DNA of 34,868 nt, taken from contig JALIDO010000003.1 of the NCBI GenBank assembly GCA_022865265.1, forward strand, positions 1 to 34,868. The letters run 5' to 3'. The notes under the pieces were generated by a model. That model made no database searches and was not told where the DNA came from. It was given only the letters and a program-made list of their open reading frames with translations. Shown one piece after another: positions 1 to 9,881 of this stretch. Every line of letters starts with the position of its first letter. The first letter of the stretch is position 1. Source of the DNA: Candidatus Nanohalarchaeota archaeon QJJ-5. GTDB taxonomy: Archaea; Nanohalarchaeota; Nanosalinia; Nanosalinales; Nanoanaerosalinaceae. The position numbers were made by a program, and so were the translations under genes.

Positions 1-1
1 G

Positions 2-91
2 TCACAGCTATTGTTGATCGGACGGGCGGCGTTTGCAGGCTATGCAGCCATCATCGCACTTGTCATCGCACAGTGGTGGAGGCGTCTGTGA
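2..91 (+). CDS. C-terminal end of a membrane protein (truncated by window edge)
   Basis: Frame 2 reads SQLLLIGRAAFAGYAAIIALVIAQWWRRL* (hydrophobic helix); TGA 89-91 overlaps the next ATG at 91. Confidence 0.65.
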   Translation, partial: SQLLLIGRAAFAGYAAIIALVIAQWWRRL

Positions 92-426
92 TGGTGTTTC
101 GGATCGAGGCTATCTGGGCCGGGGTGATGGTGTGTCTGATGGTGGCGATTCTGTGGTACAACTATCGTGTTGTCCGGCTGTTCGATACTGATCCGAAACT
201 CGCTGCCACCCGTCTGTTTCTCGATGGTGATGCAGCCAGGGTCTTCAAGATCTTTGCCTTCGGGATCACCTGTTATGGGCTGACAGCGCTGGTCGGTGTG
301 GTTACGTTGTCGGTCGATCCGGATATATACCGTATCATCACGAAGATCGGGTCACTGCTTCTGTTCGGGTCCTGGGTCGTGTTCATGCGTACCTTGACAC
401 AGGTCATCGAGGTAGCAACGGAGTAA
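91..426 (+). CDS. small 3-TM membrane protein, unknown function
   Basis: Three hydrophobic segments; ATG at 91 in TGATG overlap with GGAGG at 78-82. Confidence 0.75.
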   Translation: MVFRIEAIWAGVMVCLMVAILWYNYRVVRLFDTDPKLAATRLFLDGDAARVFKIFAFGITCYGLTALVGVVTLSVDPDIYRIITKIGSLLLFGSWVVFMRTLTQVIEVATE

Positions 427-463
427 GGGCAGGTTGATAAATATCGCTTGTCCGTTGAGTGAC

Positions 464-1129
464 ATGACGGCGACAGTGATCATCACCGGTGCCGCATCTG
501 GTATCGGTCGTGCGACGGCTCAGTTATTCGCTGAGAACGGTTATACGGTCGGTATCATCGACAAACAGGAGGAACCGCGTGAAGGCGGCACACCGACGCA
601 TGAGCTGATCGAACAGGAGGGTGGTGATGCCTTTTTCATCGAAGCCAATGTCCGTCGTCGGGGCGAGGTAGATGAGGCCTTTGATGCGATCGAGGATCGT
701 ATCGAGGAGTTCGAGGTCTTGATCAATAATGCAGGGTTTGCTGAGACGGTCTCGATCGGTGATATGCGGGATCATCTCTGGCACAAGATCATGGAGGTCA
801 ATGTCGATGGTGTCTATTACTGCACCCAGGCGGCCTTATCAGGACTAGGAACAGATGGAGCTATCGTGAATATCTCGTCCCGTGTAGGGAAAGAGGGGGT
901 GGCTGATCTGTCTGCGTATGCTGCGGCCAAGCATGCTGTTCTCGGGTTCACTGAATCCATCAGTAAGGAGCTGGATGATATACGGGTGAATGCTGTTTGT
1001 CCTCGCAGGACCAAAACAGCCATGACCGGGTTCGAAGGTGATCCGCCTGAGAAGGTTGCTGAGACCATCTATGCGGTCAGTCAGGCAGACTATACTGGTC
1101 GAGCGATCGATGTCGGTGACGATGGATAA
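464..1129 (+). CDS. short-chain dehydrogenase/reductase (SDR)
   Basis: TGAASGIG, INNAG, NISS and YAAAK (YxxxK) motifs; start moved to ATG 464 after TATA-like GATAAATA. Confidence 0.93.
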   Translation: MTATVIITGAASGIGRATAQLFAENGYTVGIIDKQEEPREGGTPTHELIEQEGGDAFFIEANVRRRGEVDEAFDAIEDRIEEFEVLINNAGFAETVSIGDMRDHLWHKIMEVNVDGVYYCTQAALSGLGTDGAIVNISSRVGKEGVADLSAYAAAKHAVLGFTESISKELDDIRVNAVCPRRTKTAMTGFEGDPPEKVAETIYAVSQADYTGRAIDVGDDG

Positions 1130-1161
1130 GTACTTATAGCGGTCTCGAACTGTGTAAGTAT

Positions 1162-1491
1162 ATGACAACAGTCCCAACATCGGTACCGGTCATCCTGACA
1201 GTGGTCGGTCTTGGCTTTCTGATCTATGGCTTTTTTGTTGCCTTCCGGTTCAGGGAGACCCTCGGTACTGGTCGGCTCGCCGAGGCATGGGATAAACTAC
1301 TCGGGCTCATTGCATTGTTCATCTTCGGCTATATCGCGTATCTGGCACAGTTGATCAGTGGGGATCCACTGGTTGATCCGGAACTTATCACTGCAGGTAT
1401 CTTTGCGGCAGGTGCCATCTTCGTGGCGACTGTTGCCCGATTGAACTATCAGGTCTTTTCCGCTGTTGGTGGTGATGGTGATGGTGAGTGA
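1162..1491 (+). CDS. 3-TM membrane protein
   Basis: Three TM helices including WDKLLGLIALFIFGYIAY and IFAAGAIFV. Confidence 0.8.
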   Translation: MTTVPTSVPVILTVVGLGFLIYGFFVAFRFRETLGTGRLAEAWDKLLGLIALFIFGYIAYLAQLISGDPLVDPELITAGIFAAGAIFVATVARLNYQVFSAVGGDGDGE

Positions 1492-1942
1492 CTGGACCCG
1501 GTGTCGGCTGGATGAACAGGGATTCATGGATGTCGAGGACAAAACAGTTGCACGCTGGCTCAAGTTCTCACCGTTGATGTGTGCTATCGGATTTGGTGCA
1601 GGAACATATCTCCAGAGCCCGCTTGTGCTGTATCTGATGGGATTGATGGCTGTTGCCGGTCTGACATTCCACAAGACGATCTTCGACTGGTTCTATGATG
1701 CTGTGATAGCCCGGGTCATCGATGGACCGCAGCTACCTGATCGTCCGGCACCAGCACGGTTCGCGTGTTTCATCGCAGTGATCTGGTCGGCCTTTACAGC
1801 GTCCGCGTTCCTTGTGGGCTATACAACTGCTGGGTATGTTCTCGGTGCAGGGCTCACATTTGCTGCTGGGCTGCTCGGGACTGTTAATTACTGTATCGCA
1901 TCGGTACTCTGGCGCAAACTCTATGGATGGCCGGATCGGTGA
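1481..1942 (+). CDS. DUF4395-like membrane protein
   Basis: 4 TM segments, PARFA motif and C-terminal NYCIA Cys motif; start uncertain among 1475/1481/1484. Confidence 0.7.
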   Translation: MVSDWTRCRLDEQGFMDVEDKTVARWLKFSPLMCAIGFGAGTYLQSPLVLYLMGLMAVAGLTFHKTIFDWFYDAVIARVIDGPQLPDRPAPARFACFIAVIWSAFTASAFLVGYTTAGYVLGAGLTFAAGLLGTVNYCIASVLWRKLYGWPDR

Positions 1943-1944
1943 TC

Positions 1945-2181
1945 ATGATGGGGGAAAAACAGGATGCACAACGGCTGCTCGATGCCTACAAGGAGGTGAT
2001 CGGGAATGCGGCCATCGGTATCGCCAAGCGCCACAGCACTGTAACGATCGAGGAGGGGGATGTTGTTGCTTTCGAGGGAGGGAAACAAGATATGCATACG
2101 TTCGTGGAAGCATATGAAGATATTCTCGGTGATGTTGCGACCCGGATCGCCAGGGATACGCTGTCCGATGAGTACTTCTAG
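1945..2181 (+). CDS. small protein with duplicated AY-x-x-(V/I)(I/L)G-x-(A/V)A-x-x-IA helix motif
   Basis: AYKEVIGNAAIGIAK and AYEDILGDVATRIAR; GGTGAT before ATG 1945/1948. Confidence 0.75.
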   Translation: MMGEKQDAQRLLDAYKEVIGNAAIGIAKRHSTVTIEEGDVVAFEGGKQDMHTFVEAYEDILGDVATRIARDTLSDEYF

Positions 2182-2888
2182 ATGAATCGTGGTGTTGTTT
2201 CGCGGTATTCTTCGAGGTCTGTCGTGTCCTCAAGCATTGTTTCGAGATGTTGTTCTTCCGAGACAGAAAGGCGATAATACACGTATACGAGCACAGGAAG
2301 CATCGCCAGTGTCAGGAGTGATGGCCAGTGGATGAACCAGCCGGCCACGATCATGATCAGGCCGAGGTACTGTGGATGTCGGGAGTACTGATAGATACCG
2401 TCGGTCACGAATGATTCATCGCTCCGATACAATGTGTACCAGCCGATCGCCACGATGAGACAGCCAAGCACGGTGATACCAAGACCGATGACTTTCCACG
2501 GTGTCATGGCAAAAGACTGGCCCAGCAGATCGAAACTGAGGATGACATCATGTGGATGGCTGCCTGTCGTGGTGGTCAGGGCAGCTGCTGAGAGATAGAT
2601 GCTCAAGGGCACGCCATACATCTCCACGAACATCGAGACCATGAATGCTGCATAGATCCCGAGTGAGGAGGTCTGCCAGTTGACTTGTCCTTTCAGGCCG
2701 ATCAGCAATGGTGCTGCAAACAACAGAAAGATACCGATGTTCAGGGCAACCAGATCCCACCGTCCCTGGATCACGAACTGTTCTGCCTGGCCGGAGATGA
2801 ACCACAGCGCATGTTCGAGGAATGATGGCAGGCTGATCAAGCTCACGAGGATGATGCTGCCTATCAGGAGTTGACGCCATCGACGCAT
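2178..2888 (-). CDS. isoprenylcysteine carboxyl methyltransferase / PEMT family membrane methyltransferase
   Basis: TDGIYQYSRHPQYLG, EE and YRETTPRFI motifs; multiple TM helices. Confidence 0.88.
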   Translation of the reverse strand: MRRWRQLLIGSIILVSLISLPSFLEHALWFISGQAEQFVIQGRWDLVALNIGIFLLFAAPLLIGLKGQVNWQTSSLGIYAAFMVSMFVEMYGVPLSIYLSAAALTTTTGSHPHDVILSFDLLGQSFAMTPWKVIGLGITVLGCLIVAIGWYTLYRSDESFVTDGIYQYSRHPQYLGLIMIVAGWFIHWPSLLTLAMLPVLVYVYYRLSVSEEQHLETMLEDTTDLEEYRETTPRFI

Positions 2889-2938
2889 ACAGACTCCATG
2901 GCAGCCAGGGCTTTAAGTCTGTCTCGGTCGGGCCTGTC

Positions 2939-2948
2939 TATTTAAAAG
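2939..2948 (+). promoter_or_regulatory. TATA box for the UPF0182 gene (divergent promoter region)
   Basis: TATTTAAAAG about 25-30 nt upstream of ATG 2971; CTTTAAG at 2911 could serve the divergent gene. Confidence 0.55.
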
Positions 2949-2970
2949 AATCGGTACCGATGTCTGCAGC

Positions 2971-5679
2971 ATGCGGCTCGCACGTCTGCGTCATCTGATC
3001 ATCGGGTTCCTCGTGTTTTTGTTTGCACTTCCGACGTTCGTGACCTTCTATACTGATTATCTCTGGTTCAGATCGCTTGGATTCGTTTCTGTCTTCATGA
3101 CGATCCTGACAACACGTATAGGGGTCTTTTCTGCTGTCTTTATCGGTGCAGGGATATTCATCTATGCGAACTATCGGTGGGCGGTCGATAATACCGGCGG
3201 GGACCGATCGATGCTTGCGACCGGTGGGATCGTCCTGTTGTCCGGTATCCTTGCAGGGATCGCATCTGGCTACTGGGAGACGGTCTTGCGGTTCTTCAAT
3301 CAGGTTCCCTTTGGTCTGTCTGAACCATTGACAGGTCTCGATGCAGCGTTTTTCGTCTATACACTACCATTTGCCAGTCTCGTATTGAATGTGGCATCGG
3401 TGATGGTCTTGTTCGCTGCTGGGATCGTTGCCTGGACCTATGTTTCGAAATGGGGCTTACAGGAGTACAATGATGTGATGGAGACATTTATGGGTATGCA
3501 GGATGTCTCCGGAACCGAACTTGATATTTTCAATGTAATTGAACATCTCAGGACCGATGCACGTCGTCACATTATGGCATTGATGGGTGCTGGTGCGGTT
3601 CTGACCGGTGGCTGGCTTGTCTTCATGCGATATGGGTTGTTCCTATCACAGCAGGGAGCGGTCTTCGGTGTCGGGTATACACGATCATTGGTCACGATGC
3701 CGCTGTACACGATCCTTGCAGCAGGATGTCTGCTTGTTGCAGTAGCGGCAGTCACGTCTTTGTTCCTGAACACTGAGCGATTGACACTTGGTGTAGCAGG
3801 ACTGACAGTTGTCGTGGCCGTGGCTGGATTCGCTGGTGCGGCGGGGGTGCAGACCTTTGTCGTTGAACCGGATGAGTTCAACAAAGAACGGCCGTATCTG
3901 GAGAATCAGATCGATATGACACGGAAGGGCTTCGGGCTCGATCGGATCGAGTCACAATCGTTCACACCGTCTCCGAACCTGACACGGGAACAGATCGAGA
4001 ACAATCCAGGTACGATGGAGAATATCCGTCTGTGGGATTACCGGCCATTGCGCCAGACATACAATGAGATGCAGATCTTCAGGACCTACTATCAGTTCAA
4101 TGATGTCGATATCGATCGGTACGAGGTCGATGGACAGGAGAAACAGGTGATGCTGTCTGCTCGAGAGATCGATATGGCCTCGCTGCCTGAGCAATCTCGT
4201 TCATGGGTGAATCGTCACCTGGTCTATACGCATGGGTTCGGGATCGCGATGTCGCCGGTCGATAAGGTCTCAGAGGAGGGGTTTCCTGAATACTATGTGA
4301 AAAACATCCCACCATCATCGTCGATCGATCTCAATGTGACCCAGCCACGGATCTACTATGGTGAGAGCACACATCAGTACGCGATCACGAACACGGGCAC
4401 ACGGGAACTCGATTATCCAAGCGGGGATAACAATGTCTATACACGGTATGCTGGTGATGGGGGTGTCCAGCTCGATTCGATGCTGAAACGGCTGGCGTTT
4501 GCATGGCGATTCGGTGATCTCCAGATCCTGTTCTCCGGGTCGATCGAGGAACAGAGCCGGCTCCAGTTCAAACGAACTATCCAAGAGCGTGTCCGAGCGG
4601 TGACGCCGTTTCTGACGTTCGATGATGATCCATACATCACCGTGACCGATGATGGGCTCAAATGGGTCTATGATGCTTACACGAGCACCGATCAGTTCCC
4701 ATATGCTGACAAACAGCGGTTCAAAGGAAAGGATATCAACTATGTCAGGAATGCTGTCAAGGTTGTGGTCGATGCCTACAGTGGTGATATGACATACTAT
4801 ATCGCTGATGAGAATGATTCGATGGTCCAGACATACGAGGAGATGTTCCCTGTTCTGTTCGAACCGATGGAAGAGATGCCTGCTGATCTGCAGGATAATA
4901 TCCGGTATCCAGAGGATCTGTTCACTGCCCAGACACGGGCACATTTCGACTATCATATGACCAATCCGAAAGTGTTTTACAACAGGGAGGATCAGTGGCG
5001 GGCCCCGATGGAGACCTTGCGTGGCTCTCGATCAGAGATCGAGCCCTATTATGTCATGATGAGTCTGCCGGACAGCAACAGGACCGAGTTCATGATGATC
5101 CAGCCGTTCATCCCGGAGGAACGAGAGAACCTGATCGGATGGATCGGAGCGCGGTCTGATCCGCCGAACTACGGGACGATGAAGGCCTACACCTTCCCGA
5201 AGCAGGAGCTTGTCTTCGGGCCGGCACAGGTCGATGCCCGTATCGATCAGGATACAGAAATCTCCCAGCGGATGACGCTGTGGTCTCAGCAGGGATCATC
5301 AGTCTTCCGTGGTAATCTTCTCGCGATTCCGCTGGATGATACGCTGTTGTACGTCGAGCCATTGTATCTCGTTTCGGGTGGTTCAGGTGCTGTGCCACAG
5401 CTCCGTCGTGTGATCGTGGCACATAATGATCGTCTGACAATGCAGCCAACACTCGATAATTCACTCGATGTCCTGTTCGGTGATGCTGCAGCAGAAGGAC
5501 CGGTGGTTGTCTCACCTGGTGCTCTCGAGGAGGCTCGGAGTGTCTACAATGACGCCCAGACTGCTCTTCAGAATGGTGATTTTGCCACGTATGCTGAACG
5601 GATCGAGGAGCTGGGATCGTTGCTGAACCAGGAGGATTCAGCAGGGTCCACGATCAACCAGACCATGCCGATGAACTAG
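2971..5679 (+). CDS. UPF0182 family membrane protein
   Basis: YTDYLWF, NIRLWD, DVDIDRY, WVNRHLVYTHG, PRIYYGE, NYVRNAVK, RGNLL and LYVEPLY motifs; N-terminal TM region. Confidence 0.93.
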   Translation: MRLARLRHLIIGFLVFLFALPTFVTFYTDYLWFRSLGFVSVFMTILTTRIGVFSAVFIGAGIFIYANYRWAVDNTGGDRSMLATGGIVLLSGILAGIASGYWETVLRFFNQVPFGLSEPLTGLDAAFFVYTLPFASLVLNVASVMVLFAAGIVAWTYVSKWGLQEYNDVMETFMGMQDVSGTELDIFNVIEHLRTDARRHIMALMGAGAVLTGGWLVFMRYGLFLSQQGAVFGVGYTRSLVTMPLYTILAAGCLLVAVAAVTSLFLNTERLTLGVAGLTVVVAVAGFAGAAGVQTFVVEPDEFNKERPYLENQIDMTRKGFGLDRIESQSFTPSPNLTREQIENNPGTMENIRLWDYRPLRQTYNEMQIFRTYYQFNDVDIDRYEVDGQEKQVMLSAREIDMASLPEQSRSWVNRHLVYTHGFGIAMSPVDKVSEEGFPEYYVKNIPPSSSIDLNVTQPRIYYGESTHQYAITNTGTRELDYPSGDNNVYTRYAGDGGVQLDSMLKRLAFAWRFGDLQILFSGSIEEQSRLQFKRTIQERVRAVTPFLTFDDDPYITVTDDGLKWVYDAYTSTDQFPYADKQRFKGKDINYVRNAVKVVVDAYSGDMTYYIADENDSMVQTYEEMFPVLFEPMEEMPADLQDNIRYPEDLFTAQTRAHFDYHMTNPKVFYNREDQWRAPMETLRGSRSEIEPYYVMMSLPDSNRTEFMMIQPFIPEERENLIGWIGARSDPPNYGTMKAYTFPKQELVFGPAQVDARIDQDTEISQRMTLWSQQGSSVFRGNLLAIPLDDTLLYVEPLYLVSGGSGAVPQLRRVIVAHNDRLTMQPTLDNSLDVLFGDAAAEGPVVVSPGALEEARSVYNDAQTALQNGDFATYAERIEELGSLLNQEDSAGSTINQTMPMN

Positions 5680-6380
5680 ATATCGAGTGGATCAAATGGT
5701 TCGTTGTCGTCTGTGGCGGTCTCATCACCAAGGCTCCAGGCCGCCATCATCTCATAGTCACTGACCTCCTCATTCGCTTCGAGCCACTGGCCGATTGTCT
5801 CTGCGGTGCTCCCGTATTCGATGATGTCATCGACGATCAGGACCGAACTATCATCTGGTTCGAATCGGTCCTCCATGCCTGGGCTGAGGGTGACTGCATC
5901 ATCGCCACGGTCTTTTGAATACCGGATCAGGACCGGTTCAGCATCGAGATGCTGGTCGGCGGCATACAATGGTGCCATGCCGCCAGCGAATGGTGCAACC
6001 ACATAATCGAAGGTGTCGGGGGCATATTCCTCGGCGACAGCGTCACCGAGGGCAGTCACTCGATCGCTTTTCGGTGACAGTGAGATGCCTGGGTGTGTGG
6101 TCTCGACGTCATCGAGGCGGTCACGCCATTCATCCGTATCTTCTGTCAGTGTGTCGCCGTTGTGGTATGCTTCAAGATGGGGTGCTGCGAATTCTTCCAT
6201 CACTGCCTGTGCATCAGCGTCATCATCGTCCTGATAGGCCTGCTCATAGGCTGTGATGGCGATGCCGACGGCGACTTCGGTCTTCCAGTCCATCGGATCA
6301 AGTTCATCATAGAGGTCGAACTGGGTTTCGATACTGGTATCGTATCGTTCCGACCGAGATAGTGATGATCGAGCCATCAC
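5676..6380 (-). CDS. type I phosphoribosyltransferase family protein
   Basis: PRPP-binding loop VLIVDDIIEYGSTA; VVAPFAGG loop; N-terminal helical extension. Confidence 0.8.
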   Translation of the reverse strand: MMARSSLSRSERYDTSIETQFDLYDELDPMDWKTEVAVGIAITAYEQAYQDDDDADAQAVMEEFAAPHLEAYHNGDTLTEDTDEWRDRLDDVETTHPGISLSPKSDRVTALGDAVAEEYAPDTFDYVVAPFAGGMAPLYAADQHLDAEPVLIRYSKDRGDDAVTLSPGMEDRFEPDDSSVLIVDDIIEYGSTAETIGQWLEANEEVSDYEMMAAWSLGDETATDDNEPFDPLDI

Positions 6381-6435
6381 GTTCCTATTGACGATGACAA
6401 CATAAATAAGTTGTTGTTATTGAAGAGTGGCTACA

Positions 6436-7218
6436 TCATGTGGTCTCATCGAACTGGCGTTGTACCCGATACAGCCATTCATCAGTGCCATACTTGTCCT
6501 TGACACGTTGTTCTGCATTCTTGATGGTCGCTTGTGAGAGGCTATCTTCCTGCAATGGTGTCTGTTCACTGAACCGGGAGATCATCTGTTCGAGGACCTC
6601 GTCCCGGCTCAGATCGGTGTTCTCGGAGATAGGGGCCACACGTTTCGCTGCGCTTTTGATTGCCTTATCGGAGATTTTTTCTTTCCCGATCTTCAGGACC
6701 TGTAGCATGGTCTTGATATCGATATCATAGGCCATCATGGTGTGATGAAGCACGACACCATCACGACGGGCCTGTGCAGAGCCACCAATCTTGCGTCCAT
6801 TCGTGATGATATCATTGACTGGTTTGTGTTCGGCATCGATCCCGATATCGGTGAGCGCCTGGACGGACCACTGTTCCAGTTCCCGATATGATCCGAGGAT
6901 ATCATTGCTTTCGAGCATATCTTCGGGCAGTGTCAATGAGTAGGTGATGACGTTTTTGGGTTCGGTGAACATCGCGCCACCACCGGTCATCCGTCTGACG
7001 ATCTCGATGTTGTTTTTCTTAGCCATGGGTTCGAAGACTTCATCTTTGAGTGCCTGGAACCGACCGATCACGACTGCAGGTGTTGGCCACTCCCAGATGC
7101 GCAGTGTGGGTCGTGTCTCACCGCTGGCAAGCCGGTCGGTCAGTTCTTCATCCAGGGCCATATGCATTGCCGGAGAGTAGGTCTCCTGTACGAGACGCCA
7201 TTCACGGTCACTGTTCAT
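6436..7218 (-). CDS. lplA: lipoate-protein ligase, catalytic subunit
   Basis: HMALDE, VVIGRFQ, VRRMTGGGA, NDI..GRKIGGSAQ and LHHTM motifs. Confidence 0.92.
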   Translation of the reverse strand: MNSDREWRLVQETYSPAMHMALDEELTDRLASGETRPTLRIWEWPTPAVVIGRFQALKDEVFEPMAKKNNIEIVRRMTGGGAMFTEPKNVITYSLTLPEDMLESNDILGSYRELEQWSVQALTDIGIDAEHKPVNDIITNGRKIGGSAQARRDGVVLHHTMMAYDIDIKTMLQVLKIGKEKISDKAIKSAAKRVAPISENTDLSRDEVLEQMISRFSEQTPLQEDSLSQATIKNAEQRVKDKYGTDEWLYRVQRQFDETT

Positions 7219-7504
7219 CGGTATCCGCCTCCAGGGCCTGTTTCACAACAGCTGTTACATCGGATGGCCTGAACCCGACGAGTTTCGTATTGGTATCGAG
7301 ATTGTCTTTGATGGTCTGGGTCATGGTCTGTTCATCCATATCGGTCTTGCATCCTTCCAGTGCTGTCGTGATATCGTCCAATGCTGTTTCAGGATAGATG
7401 AAAAAATCACCATGTAGGCTCACGGCGGTGATTTCTCCGTTCGCAGCCACATCGGCACGGAGTAGTTTCCCGTCAGGAACCTTGTACTCGGCGGTCTTGG
7501 TCAT
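7208..7504 (-). CDS. lipoate-protein ligase accessory (C-terminal-domain) subunit, LplB-type
   Basis: KVPDGKLL and GDFFIYPE motifs; overlaps the lplA start. Confidence 0.88.
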   Translation of the reverse strand: MTKTAEYKVPDGKLLRADVAANGEITAVSLHGDFFIYPETALDDITTALEGCKTDMDEQTMTQTIKDNLDTNTKLVGFRPSDVTAVVKQALEADTDEQ

Positions 7505-7702
7505 ACCATAATGACTGATGCAGGACTAGATAAAGGTGTGGGCTCATCGACAATCGAGACCGATCAGTGCTTTTGTATGTACTGATAATCAACCGTGTTC
7601 GTGTGGTGGTCTATCGATCGTGATGATCTGGTTACCAGTACCATATGGCATGATTGGTAGGTGTGGGACAGTCATTAGAAGCTTTGTCTATAAAGAGATG
7701 AT

Positions 7703-8323
7703 ATGACAGACAATCGCGAACCGGTGACCGATGATCTGCCGGACAGTCCGATGCATACCATCGGAACAGACCATATAACGATTTGGGGAAGTAATACCGA
7801 GGACACGATCGAATTCTACCGAGATACACTCGGGATGCCACTGGTCCTCCGTCAGCCAAACCTCGATGATCCTGATCAGACCCACCTGTTTTTCGACACG
7901 GGTGATGGAACGATCCTGACCGTGTTCGTGAATGATGATCGGCCATCACATCAGGGGCCCCAGCGCGGACAAGTGGGAAGTGTGCATCATCTCGCGTTCA
8001 CGATCGATCCAGATCGGTTCGAAGCGGTCATGGAGGCACTTGAGGAGAAAGGTAGACATTACAACATGTTCGATCGTGGGATCTTCCACTCACTGTATAC
8101 CAGTGACCACAATGGGCTCGTGATCGAGCTTGCTGCTGATAAATACGATATACCGGATGAGCGCCGAGGCGAGGTCATGGCCACGGTCCAGCGTATCCGG
8201 GAAGAGGCTGGTGCCGACTATGCCAAAGATGAGCATATGCAAGCAGCATTGGATAAACTTGGTATCGATGCCGAAAAGCATGATCTTCCTGCGGCAGATT
8301 CTGGTGTCGGTGAGCTTGAATGA
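7703..8323 (+). CDS. VOC/glyoxalase family protein
   Basis: DHITI, FYRDTLGMPL, HLFFD, VHHLAF and SLYTSDHNGLVIEL motifs. Confidence 0.92.
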   Translation: MTDNREPVTDDLPDSPMHTIGTDHITIWGSNTEDTIEFYRDTLGMPLVLRQPNLDDPDQTHLFFDTGDGTILTVFVNDDRPSHQGPQRGQVGSVHHLAFTIDPDRFEAVMEALEEKGRHYNMFDRGIFHSLYTSDHNGLVIELAADKYDIPDERRGEVMATVQRIREEAGADYAKDEHMQAALDKLGIDAEKHDLPAADSGVGELE

Positions 8324-8964
8324 CGGATTATAAGCATGCGAACAGTCCGATCATCAGAGATGAGATCGGTGATCCGGACAAGGCGATCATCCTGTTACAT
8401 GGACGTGGAGCGACTGCCCGGGGAATGTATGATCTGGCTGCGGCTGTTGCCGATGATGCTGTTGTTCTTGCACCACAGGCCGTCAACCGGACATGGTATC
8501 CAGAATCGTTCATGGAGCCGATCGAGGCCAACCAGCCATGGCTGGATGGATCGCTCCAGAAGGTCGATGACTGTCTCACGATGGCGAGTAATGCTGGCTT
8601 CGAGCCAGATGAGGTCTCTGTGCTTGGTTTCTCACAGGGAGCCTGTCTGGCCACAGAGTGGGCTGCACAGAATGATCCTGGAATCCATCTTGTTGCCGGG
8701 CTCAGTGGCGGACTCATCGGAGCGGAGATCGATCGATCCCGCTATGCGTCTTCGTTCGATGATCTGGCGGTGTTTCTCGGTTGTTCGGACACTGATCCAC
8801 ATATACCCGTCGAGCGTGTCCATGGAACAGCCGCGGTCTTCGAGGAGGGTGGTGTCGATGTCGAGACTCGTATCTATGAGGGGATGGGTCACACGATCAA
8901 CGATGATGAACGACAGTTCCTCCGGACCCTGTTCACTGGTGAGGAACCTGCCTCTGTTTTTTAA
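8320..8964 (+). CDS. phospholipase/carboxylesterase (alpha/beta hydrolase)
   Basis: LLHGRG, GFSQGA nucleophile, DPHIP and GMGH triad; ATGA overlap with the VOC gene. Confidence 0.92.
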   Translation: MTDYKHANSPIIRDEIGDPDKAIILLHGRGATARGMYDLAAAVADDAVVLAPQAVNRTWYPESFMEPIEANQPWLDGSLQKVDDCLTMASNAGFEPDEVSVLGFSQGACLATEWAAQNDPGIHLVAGLSGGLIGAEIDRSRYASSFDDLAVFLGCSDTDPHIPVERVHGTAAVFEEGGVDVETRIYEGMGHTINDDERQFLRTLFTGEEPASVF

Positions 8965-8988
8965 TAGCACCATCGACCACTATCAAGT

Positions 8989-9396
8989 ATGAGCGAAGAT
9001 GAGTTACCATCGTCAGAGGAGGAATGGCGAGAAGAACTCTCTGATGATGCCTATCGTGTTCTTCGAGAAGCTGGTACGGAACCGGCATTCAGTAGTGATA
9101 TGATCGATGAGGACCGAGATGGTGTGTTCCACTGTGCAGGGTGTGGGGCTGAGCTGTTCGATAGTGAGACCAAATTCGAGTCCGGTACCGGCTGGCCGAG
9201 TTTCTGGGATGTGCGTGATGAGGATACTGTAGCATTGCATGAAGATACGAAACTTGGACGTACACGGATCGAGGTTCGCTGTGCACGCTGTGATGGACAT
9301 CTCGGACATGTCTTTGAGGACGGGCCTGACCCCACAGGGAAGCGATATTGTATCAATGCAGCAGCGCTTGAATTCGAACCGGATGAGGATGAATGA
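8989..9396 (+). CDS. msrB: peptide-methionine (R)-S-oxide reductase
   Basis: GTEPAF, CAGC, SGTGWPSF, CARCDGHLGHVF and RYCIN motifs. Confidence 0.97.
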   Translation: MSEDELPSSEEEWREELSDDAYRVLREAGTEPAFSSDMIDEDRDGVFHCAGCGAELFDSETKFESGTGWPSFWDVRDEDTVALHEDTKLGRTRIEVRCARCDGHLGHVFEDGPDPTGKRYCINAAALEFEPDEDE

Positions 9397-9600
9397 AGCC
9401 ACCCACTTCGATATATGTATTCGAGTACATCATGTGAGACGGGTGCTATGAGATGCTTTGTATTCTTAGAGTAGCAAATCTGGGTATGGTAGGTGTTACT
9501 CCAAATGCGGAAAGCAGGTGGTCCTAGATCGAATAATACACCAAGATAGTCCAAATATTAATAAAGGAGGATCAACTGTGTACAGTATGAGGTGACTACT

Positions 9601-9807
9601 ATGGCAGAACTACCACGAGCACCTCTGGAACGACTTCTGCGACAGGCTGGTGCAGAGCGAGTTTCCGACGAAGCAACTGAAGCACTACGTGAAGCAGTTG
9701 AAGAGGAAGCTCTCGAACTAGCCGAGCGAGCTCGAGAATTTTCTCAGCACGCTAACCGGAAGACAGTCCAGAGAGAAGACGTTCGCGCAGCAAGGAGGGA
9801 CCGATAA
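9601..9807 (+). CDS. archaeal histone (HMf-type, single fold)
   Basis: ELPRAPLERL, GAERVS, HANRKTV..ED; RBS GAGGTGA at 9589-9595 favours ATG 9601. Confidence 0.95.
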   Translation: MAELPRAPLERLLRQAGAERVSDEATEALREAVEEEALELAERAREFSQHANRKTVQREDVRAARRDR

Positions 9808-9808
9808 G

Positions 9809-9840
9809 TCCCTTCTCCCATTTTCTTTTTTCTTTCTTCC
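9809..9840 (+). terminator. pyrimidine/T-rich archaeal terminator after the histone gene
   Basis: TCCCTTCTCCCATTTTCTTTTTTCTTTCTTCC immediately after TAA. Confidence 0.65.
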
Positions 9841-9881
9841 CAGCACAAGTTTCTTATGTTGGTATAAGGTATGCTTGAGGT

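Noticed and set aside
8336-8992. 218-aa ORF overlapping the esterase
   Set aside because: Alternative frame, atypical R/S/M-rich composition, no motifs
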